Of a stretch of DNA of 37,083 bases, positions 30,700 to 37,083 are shown piece after piece; position 1 is the first letter of the stretch; each line of letters starts with the position of its first letter. Origin of the DNA: an uncultured virus (IMG/VR IMGVR_UViG_3300014204_000136). Lineage: Duplodnaviria; Heunggongvirae; Uroviricota; Caudoviricetes. The notes beneath the pieces were generated by a model. That model searched no databases. It saw only the letters and a list, made by a program, of their open reading frames with translations, and was not told where the DNA came from. The DNA is taken from the IMG/VR virus record IMGVR_UViG_3300014204_000136; one strand, 5' to 3'. The position numbers and the translations under genes were made by a program.

Positions 30700-33600
30700 T
30701 TAAGTAACTATATATATTGTTGTAGATACACCATTAGTTGATGATGACCAACTATGTCCATTTGAATCCTGGAAATAAACTTGTCCTTTCGGTACATTTA
30801 ACTGTAAACCATTAGAATTTAAAGTGGCACTTGCATTTGTCATCGTAGTCCCAGTACCTGCATAACCTGCACCATTTATGGATATACCAGAACTATTTGC
30901 TGTCCATGTAATATTAGTACCAGCGGTATTAATACCCATGAAGTTTGAATTAGCAGAAGTATACTGAAATAAACTTGTATTAGCAGAGGCCATTGCTGTA
31001 GTTAAGTACTTAGGCATACTAAGATTCAAACCAAGACTATTTATAGTAAATTTAACATCACTACCACTAGTGGTTGCTGTTGTACTACCTGTACCAGCAA
31101 ACTTGGTTGTACCAGATGAATGAAATGCATTACCTGTTATAAGAGATGTATTACTACTATATTGAAATAAACTAGTGTTCTGAGATAACATTGCTGTAGT
31201 CAAATATGCACCAGTAGATTGATAAAGATCTGAATGTATATGATTTGATAATGCTGCTGTGGTTAAAAAAGTATTATTCGATGTATAAAAATAATTACCA
31301 CGTTCACTAGTATTCATTGCATTTGATGTATCTCCTCCACCAGTACCACCACCTGCAGTAAGACCAATTGTTAAACCATTTGAAGAACTAGTATAATTAG
31401 CAGTAACATTTGATAAATTAAATGATACATTACCATGTGTGTGAGTTGATTGAGCTAAATTATGTGTAAAATACATCCTAATATCACTACCAAAATCTAA
31501 TTTTATACCAATATCACTAGCACTACTATACTCATTTATAGTTAACAAACCACCATGACTAATAATATTATTTTGTGTATATAATTCACCATTAGATCCA
31601 GTCCTAAATTGTCTAGTTCCATATGCACCACTTCCTGCTTCCCATAAAGTTGTATAAGAAGAAACGACCGTATTAGTACCACTAGATCTCTCTATTTCTA
31701 CAAAACCAGTAGGAGGCATATAATCTGTCACAGCACTCATATTCATAGATGCTGTTATTGTTGTTGATAATTCATCTACACTTGATCCAAAACTTATACC
31801 ATTTGAATTAACAAAATATAGACTACCCGATTCTGATGAATTTATATATTGACTATGTGTATGGTTTGGTATTGCAAAATAATTACTTAACTGAGATGTT
31901 GCACTATATGCGTTATGAGAACCAGTTATTGTAGTAGAATTACCACTAGTACTAGAACCAAAAGTTACACCATTAGAGTCATTAAAATATAAAGATCTAT
32001 TTGCAATACTACCTGTTAATGTAGAACCACTAAGACCGAAAGATATATTATTACTATTACTAAATACTAAACTATTATAAGTATTAGATAATGTGCCAGC
32101 TGATAAGCTCATTGCACCAGCTGCGGTACCAACAGTATAAGAACCAGTTATTATCGTTAATAAACTAGCTGTACCAGTACCAACTGTAGAGCCAAAGGTA
32201 AGACCATTAGAATCACTAAATTGTACAGTACCCATTGGTATACTGGCAGTTATTGTAGAACCATTTAAGCCAAAGGATACATTATTAGAATTTGAGAATA
32301 CTATACTTGCAAGTGAATTAGAAATAGAACCTGCTGAAATAGTTATTACACCACCTCCACCAGTACCACCTACTGTTAACCATGCTGGAACAGCAAGAGT
32401 CATACCAGCAGTATTTAATGTGCCTGTTAATACACTACCCGCAGTACTAACTGTAGAAAAACCTGTACCAAGACCTGTAGCCCCTGTACCACCGCCAGCA
32501 GTTGCAAAGAAATATGTTGAAGAACCAGTAGTAGATGAAGACCATGTTATATTACTACCAAGACTGTTTACAAAGTAAACATTACCTGTATTTGTAGAAT
32601 TAACATATGGGTGATCGTGCGTAGAACCAGTTAATGATAAATTTAAACCATTACTTGCACTTGAATAAGAACCTGCAATATTAGATAATGACATATTAAT
32701 ACTACCATGAGTATGTGTCGAATTTGCAGCTGTTGTTAAATAACTTGGTATAGAAACTGATAATCCACTACTTGCTGATGTAATACCAATACCACCAACT
32801 ATATTCACACTACCATGAGTATGATTTGTAGCAGCATAATTGTGTGTATGTGTTGTATAACCTGTACCTAAAGATAATGTACTATTTGCAACTAACTGTA
32901 ATAAACTTGAATTTGATGTATTAAAGGCATTAGATGTAATTGCGGAAGTAACAGAAGTATGTTGGAATAAAGAACTTTGAGAAGTGTTGATAGCATTTGC
33001 AGTTATTGCAGATGTAGCACTTGTGTGTTGTAGTAATGTACTAAAGGCAGTATTTAAGAAATTATTACCTAAAACTGAAACAGTAGTACTAACACCATTT
33101 GTAGATAGACTTATATAATCTCCTGCATATACTGAATTACTTGCAGAAGCAGTGGCAGAAGGTATATTAATTGATATACCGGAACTATTTGCAGTCATAC
33201 TACCATTTGTAATAGCAGTATTTAGACCAATAAAATTAGATCCTGCATTGGATGCCATTGCTGTAGTAAGATAGTTTGGAATCTCCAAACTCAAACCACC
33301 AGCTAATAAAGAACCATTAACTATATTCCCAGTTACACTTGCAGATGTAAAGCCAGTACCAGCACCACCCGTTCCAGGGGCAGCACCTATTATTGTAAAA
33401 GCGTTACCATTTTGAGATAATGTAATATTGTTACCACCTGCAATAGTTGCAGTACCTGACGATATTAATGCCATAGTACCACTGGTATTACCACCTAAAG
33501 TAATATTATTACCACCTAAAGAAGGATTAACTGAACCAGCTATGTATATATTAGGATTTGGATCAGTACTTGTACTAAACAGCCAACTAACACTTGCATT

Positions 33601-34443
33601 ATCCGTAAATATATAATTTTGTATACCATCTCCTTGTAAAGAATTATTATGCCATATATGTGGTAATATTGAATCATTTACAACTATATCAACATCTGAA
33701 CCACCATTACGAATTGCAACTTGTGCTAAACCAGCACCATTAATATTAAATCTATTTGCATATGTACCAGAGGTCTGATTACTTATATAAGTACCAGTGG
33801 CAACATATAAAGAATTTGTATGACTATGAACAACTTGAGCTGCTGTAGTTAAATAATTACCTACAGATAACGCTAAACCATTACTCGAAGAACCTATTGT
33901 AATATTTGTACCAGAAGCAACACCATGTATATGGGTACTGTTAGCAGCTGTAGTTAGATAGGCACCAGCAGATTGAAATAATGTAGAATTAGTATTTGCT
34001 ACAAAGTTACTAGATTCAGATACTGCTAATGATAATGAATTATCACTAGTCTGTTGAAATAAACTACTATTAGTTATTGCTACATAAGAACCATCATGGG
34101 AATGCCAACTTAATGCATAGTTATCAAGACCAACTACAGATACTGTTGTACTAACACCTGAAGTAGATAATGATATATTATCACCAGCAATCACAGCATT
34201 TGCAGCAGCACTTGGAGGTGGAATAGATAACCATACAAATTGGCTGTTACCTATTGTTGATGTATGAACTGTTAAGTTGTTACCACCAAACATGACAGTA
34301 CCAGAAGTAAAAGCATTACTATTGGTTAAGTTACCTATAACAATACCATTACTATTATACAAACTATATTCTGCCCTATTTGGTATAATAACATTGGTGT
34401 ATGGACCAATATCTACAGTATTACCAAGTATATGTGCTGCCAT
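30700..34443 (-). CDS. Long Ser/Thr/Asn/Gly-rich repetitive tail or head fibre protein, 1247 aa
   Basis: Multiple internal repeats (YLTTA, FxxSN..FG, AGDxISLST.GVSTTVSV, S/TSLFQ), 10 HxH motifs, very few charged residues; follows the hub-like gene. Confidence 0.75.
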   Translation of the reverse strand: MAAHILGNTVDIGPYTNVIIPNRAEYSLYNSNGIVIGNLTNSNAFTSGTVMFGGNNLTVHTSTIGNSQFVWLSIPPPSAAANAVIAGDNISLSTSGVSTTVSVVGLDNYALSWHSHDGSYVAITNSSLFQQTSDNSLSLAVSESSNFVANTNSTLFQSAGAYLTTAANSTHIHGVASGTNITIGSSSNGLALSVGNYLTTAAQVVHSHTNSLYVATGTYISNQTSGTYANRFNINGAGLAQVAIRNGGSDVDIVVNDSILPHIWHNNSLQGDGIQNYIFTDNASVSWLFSTSTDPNPNIYIAGSVNPSLGGNNITLGGNTSGTMALISSGTATIAGGNNITLSQNGNAFTIIGAAPGTGGAGTGFTSASVTGNIVNGSLLAGGLSLEIPNYLTTAMASNAGSNFIGLNTAITNGSMTANSSGISINIPSATASASNSVYAGDYISLSTNGVSTTVSVLGNNFLNTAFSTLLQHTSATSAITANAINTSQSSLFQHTSVTSAITSNAFNTSNSSLLQLVANSTLSLGTGYTTHTHNYAATNHTHGSVNIVGGIGITSASSGLSVSIPSYLTTAANSTHTHGSINMSLSNIAGSYSSASNGLNLSLTGSTHDHPYVNSTNTGNVYFVNSLGSNITWSSSTTGSSTYFFATAGGGTGATGLGTGFSTVSTAGSVLTGTLNTAGMTLAVPAWLTVGGTGGGGVITISAGSISNSLASIVFSNSNNVSFGLNGSTITASIPMGTVQFSDSNGLTFGSTVGTGTASLLTIITGSYTVGTAAGAMSLSAGTLSNTYNSLVFSNSNNISFGLSGSTLTGSIANRSLYFNDSNGVTFGSSTSGNSTTITGSHNAYSATSQLSNYFAIPNHTHSQYINSSESGSLYFVNSNGISFGSSVDELSTTITASMNMSAVTDYMPPTGFVEIERSSGTNTVVSSYTTLWEAGSGAYGTRQFRTGSNGELYTQNNIISHGGLLTINEYSSASDIGIKLDFGSDIRMYFTHNLAQSTHTHGNVSFNLSNVTANYTSSSNGLTIGLTAGGGTGGGDTSNAMNTSERGNYFYTSNNTFLTTAALSNHIHSDLYQSTGAYLTTAMLSQNTSLFQYSSNTSLITGNAFHSSGTTKFAGTGSTTATTSGSDVKFTINSLGLNLSMPKYLTTAMASANTSLFQYTSANSNFMGINTAGTNITWTANSSGISINGAGYAGTGTTMTNASATLNSNGLQLNVPKGQVYFQDSNGHSWSSSTNGVSTTIYIVT

Positions 34444-35011
34444 TGGTCACTAACCTTTCTATTACGTATAATTGTTCTAATATAGATTCATTATTTCCTA
34501 CATATGCAGCAGACTCCATAGCATCTATCATTGCAAATGTAAACATCACATCTAATACTTCTTTGTCATTACATTTACCACATAAATAAGATTGTGGCAT
34601 TAGTCTTAATAATTCATATGTACTATTTGTCACTCGACCATCCATTAGTACATCATATTCCTTTACACCAGCAGGTGTATTTATAGAATATGTTACATTA
34701 TATACACCATCTGGAAATTCATCATCAGATGTAAATGCAGCAACACCACTTATCTCTAAAAGATCTGGTGTTATTTCAAATACTAATTCACTTTGTAAAG
34801 CAAATGGTCCAGTGTTCAATGCATATAAATCTATTGCATCATATGTAACTGCCACTTCATCAGAAGTAGTAATTATGATATCTAACGTTAAAGTTGTTAT
34901 ATCAGTAACAGCAATATTTGCACCAACCCCATAATCTGGAGTAGTATCTGTTACTGTAAGTTTTTTATTGTCATTCTGTACAGAGAATGACAGACTAGGA
35001 TTTAATGCCAT
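34421..35011 (-). CDS. Structural protein, tail hub A-like (tentative), 196 aa
   Basis: Beta-rich N-terminal domain with FPDGVYNVTY followed by helical C-terminus with CxxC (CGKC); position downstream of the auxiliary capsid gene. Confidence 0.55.
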   Translation of the reverse strand: MALNPSLSFSVQNDNKKLTVTDTTPDYGVGANIAVTDITTLTLDIIITTSDEVAVTYDAIDLYALNTGPFALQSELVFEITPDLLEISGVAAFTSDDEFPDGVYNVTYSINTPAGVKEYDVLMDGRVTNSTYELLRLMPQSYLCGKCNDKEVLDVMFTFAMIDAMESAAYVGNNESILEQLYVIERLVTNGSTYTW

Positions 35012-35028
35012 TTGTCTTTATATTATAT

Positions 35029-35310
35029 TTATATTGTTAATCCTACTGCAGCAATAAATATCTCGATCATACCACCTGCAATTGTAAAACCACAATCAAG
35101 TTTATCAAATTTAGTTTTCTTAACATTACTAATCTTCATATCAAATATTTCCTTAGACACACCAACTAATATAGAAGATAATAATGCTACTAATAACCAT
35201 AATGGAGTTGCACCAAATAACAATATTGGGATTGATGCCACAGACATACCAACAACGAAATGTGATATCTTGTCTGAATATTTTAATATTATATCCTTAA
35301 TTTTTTTCAT
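35029..35310 (-). CDS. Small VanZ/YfiM-like membrane protein, ~93 aa from MKKIK
   Basis: DKISHF...GVSKEIFD...D..FTIAGG pattern with hydrophobic helices; ATG at 35310 overlaps the upstream stop (TAATG). Confidence 0.65.
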   Translation of the reverse strand: MKKIKDIILKYSDKISHFVVGMSVASIPILLFGATPLWLLVALLSSILVGVSKEIFDMKISNVKKTKFDKLDCGFTIAGGMIEIFIAAVGLTI

Positions 35311-35987
35311 TACACATTGTCCCAATTATTATTATAAGCACATAAAGCACCAGATGTTAAATCTTGCCATGCGTTATTATCTGTAACTTCTGATATTGTT
35401 TCACCACCCCTGTAATGAGTAACTTTTAGATTTTGTTTAAACCATACTTGAGTACCTATTTGTACAGTATCATATACATTACCATCATAATCTGTTACCT
35501 GTTCTCCTTCTACCCAATCAGTCAAAGAATCACGAATACATCTTACAGATACACCGTCTGTATCAGAACCAATACGACCAGTATATAAGTCATCACTATT
35601 ACAAGATAAACTAGCCCCATTATTCTGTCCTGGAGAAAATTGATCACTTGCAATAAATCTAGTATGGCTTCCCATAAATTGAAACTCAGAAGGTTGACCA
35701 TTATTAAAATTAATAGTTCTCATACCAGCTGAAACAGCAGTAAAACCAGAACTATTTGTTCTAGTACTAAAATTTAGCCAGGTTGTTATTTCCTTTACAG
35801 CTATACCGGCTGAAACATCACCACCTAAATATGTTTGTAAAGTCTGCCATTCGGAAAGAGTTGGTATATGCCAACCAGTAGGAGCTAAACCACGAAAGTT
35901 AGATACCGCATACCAATTATACAATAAACCATATCCACTACGATATGTAGAGTCTGAAATACCAGTTATATCACAAGAAATGCTCAT
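35310..35987 (-). CDS. FISUMP (Fib_succ_major) domain protein, circularly permuted, 225 aa
   Basis: YGLLYNWYAV...APTGWHIPTLSEWQTL...SGFTAVSAG.R...SVRCIRD, followed by DYDGNVYDTVQIGTQVWFKQNL...ALCAYNN. Confidence 0.88.
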   Translation of the reverse strand: MSISCDITGISDSTYRSGYGLLYNWYAVSNFRGLAPTGWHIPTLSEWQTLQTYLGGDVSAGIAVKEITTWLNFSTRTNSSGFTAVSAGMRTINFNNGQPSEFQFMGSHTRFIASDQFSPGQNNGASLSCNSDDLYTGRIGSDTDGVSVRCIRDSLTDWVEGEQVTDYDGNVYDTVQIGTQVWFKQNLKVTHYRGGETISEVTDNNAWQDLTSGALCAYNNNWDNV

Positions 35988-35995
35988 GTATTAGA

Positions 35996-36025
35996 TATTA
36001 AAAAGGGTGGGTTTCCCCACCCTTT
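35996..36025 (-). terminator. Rho-independent terminator
   Basis: Minus strand reads AAAGGGTGGG-GAAA-CCCACCCTTT-TTAAT: perfect 10-bp stem, GNRA loop and U tract, ~10 nt after the stop at 36036. Confidence 0.88.
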
Positions 36026-36035
36026 CATAAAGTAA

Positions 36036-36488
36036 TTAAACTACGTATTCAATATAGATGTCCATTTTACCAGCGGTAAAATTTGTATCATTACTTAAAG
36101 TAACAGTAATTGCAGTTTCTGCACTTGTTACAATATAAGCAGCAGCAATAAGAACAGCGAGTTCCGCAGCAGTATCCTGAGCAGCATCTGCGCCTGTACC
36201 TACGCCTGCGAGCAATGTAAAACATTTATTTGTATATCCGTTATATACTGACCCAGCAGCAGCAGCTTTTAAGCCAGCAGCAGCACCAGTATACCCTATA
36301 GATATAGTAGTTGATTCATCAGCACCATCATCAAAAGCAGTACGGGTTATACCGTAACCACCAACTATGATAGCATCTTTTGGGATATAACCAAGAGTAT
36401 AAGTAGTATCATCTGTACCACCATTAACAGCTACATCATAAGTAACTTTTAATACTCTCTTATTTAGAAATTCATTCGAGTTTGCCAT
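36036..36488 (-). CDS. Small Ala-rich beta-structured protein, probable capsid decoration/cement protein, 150 aa
   Basis: IPKDAIIVGG...TAFD...TISIG...FTAGKMDIYIEY jelly-roll-like pattern; lies upstream of the terminator together with the capsid-associated gene. Confidence 0.55.
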   Translation of the reverse strand: MANSNEFLNKRVLKVTYDVAVNGGTDDTTYTLGYIPKDAIIVGGYGITRTAFDDGADESTTISIGYTGAAAGLKAAAAGSVYNGYTNKCFTLLAGVGTGADAAQDTAAELAVLIAAAYIVTSAETAITVTLSNDTNFTAGKMDIYIEYVV

Positions 36489-36513
36489 AATTATAAGTAT
36501 TTAATTGTTACTA

Positions 36514-37083
36514 TTAGAGAGCAGCTATATTAGGAAATGCCATAGCATCTGATGCCATCCAAGGATTCAACTGTGAAAGAACAAAGGCCTGTTGTGCATC
36601 ACCATTAGCTCCATTATGGAAGGCTATAATAGTCTTAACCTGAGTTGTCTCAGAATAAAGATTATTAGGAGTCTTATATGGAACATCATGTTCGATAGTC
36701 ACAATATTGTAACCAGCACTCTTTACAGTACGAAATTCTGGAAGAATAATTGGGAACTGAATTCTATTACTTACACCATCATTTCCCCAAGCCTCTTTTT
36801 CAAGATCCCTCATAAGTTCCCATGTTCCGGTACCAAATGAGCAATTGGTTGTTAATGTAAAATCATTGAATTCCTGTTCTCTACCATTAGCATCAATATA
36901 GTTGAAGAAGCATTCAAACCTAACCATATCAAATTCATCGATATCATTAAGGCCTGTAGTACAACCAACAATTGGTTTACCTGTTAATGCTAATATATCA
37001 GTTGCATCTGTCCAGGTTGCAGTAACCCTAGAATTAGGATCAGCGTTTACCAGTGCAGCAAAAGCAGCACCAAATACATGGCA
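36514..37083 (-). CDS. Probable auxiliary capsid protein, 5' end outside the window
   Basis: Frame is open from 37083 (CHVFGAAFAALVNADPNSRV...) into the listed 137-aa ORF. Motif GTGTWELMRDLEKEAWG...NR..FP...GYNIVTIEH resembles crAss-like auxiliary capsid proteins. Confidence 0.6.
   Translation of the reverse strand, partial: CHVFGAAFAALVNADPNSRVTATWTDATDILALTGKPIVGCTTGLNDIDEFDMVRFECFFNYIDANGREQEFNDFTLTTNCSFGTGTWELMRDLEKEAWGNDGVSNRIQFPIILPEFRTVKSAGYNIVTIEHDVPYKTPNNLYSETTQVKTIIAFHNGANGDAQQAFVLSQLNPWMASDAMAFPNIAAL

Noticed and set aside
30700..34443. CRISPR array or DNA tandem repeat
   Set aside because: The repeats are degenerate at nucleotide level and conserved only as amino-acid motifs inside one ORF.
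34421..34443. Programmed frameshift fusing the hub-like gene to the fibre
   Set aside because: The 23-nt overlap has its own ATG and no obvious slippery heptamer; simple translational coupling explains it.
35310..35987. Diversity-generating retroelement acting on the FISUMP gene
   Set aside because: No reverse transcriptase or template repeat seen in this window; one could lie elsewhere in the genome.
14297..36840. Other plus-strand ORFs (14297, 19252, 23795, 24360, 27450, 28166, 33428, 34401, 35012, 36592)
   Set aside because: All lie antisense to well-supported genes and show no recognisable motifs.
1..37083. Stop-codon reassignment (TAG or TGA), known in some Crassvirales
   Set aside because: The standard code gives long intact genes. 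TAG ends several genes (20489, 25627, 26234, 26414, 27221), mostly just before the next start. No called gene ends in TGA, but none needs TGA read-through either.

Overview
AT-rich fragment of a Crassvirales (crAss-like) phage genome, most likely infecting a Bacteroidota host. All credible genes are on the minus strand, tightly packed, often with TAATG stop/start overlaps and no obvious Shine-Dalgarno sites. In transcription order (right to left): the 3' part of a probable auxiliary capsid protein, a small decoration-like protein, an intrinsic terminator, a circularly permuted FISUMP (Fib_succ_major) protein, a VanZ/YfiM-like membrane protein and a tail-hub-like protein. Next is a ~9 kb accessory block: a 1247-aa Ser/Thr-rich repetitive fibre, two ConA/LamG-like proteins, a beta-helix+FN3 protein, a GT-A glycosyltransferase and a class I SAM methyltransferase. 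Then come a second hub-like protein, a lysis/envelope cluster (permuted NlpC/P60, M15 peptidase, holin- and spanin-like proteins), ring, IHF-like, tail tubular and muzzle proteins, and two cargo/ejection proteins. The window ends in a giant ORF (at least 3817 codons, 11451 to <1) that the ORF track omits because it has no stop in the window; it carries a HEAFH zincin motif and a crAss-type virion RNA polymerase (GSDFDIDK). Best candidates for novelty are the glycosyltransferase+methyltransferase pair beside the fibre/lectin genes (possible virion glycosylation system) and the permuted FISUMP protein. Family assignments come from motif recognition and recalled synteny, not database searches.
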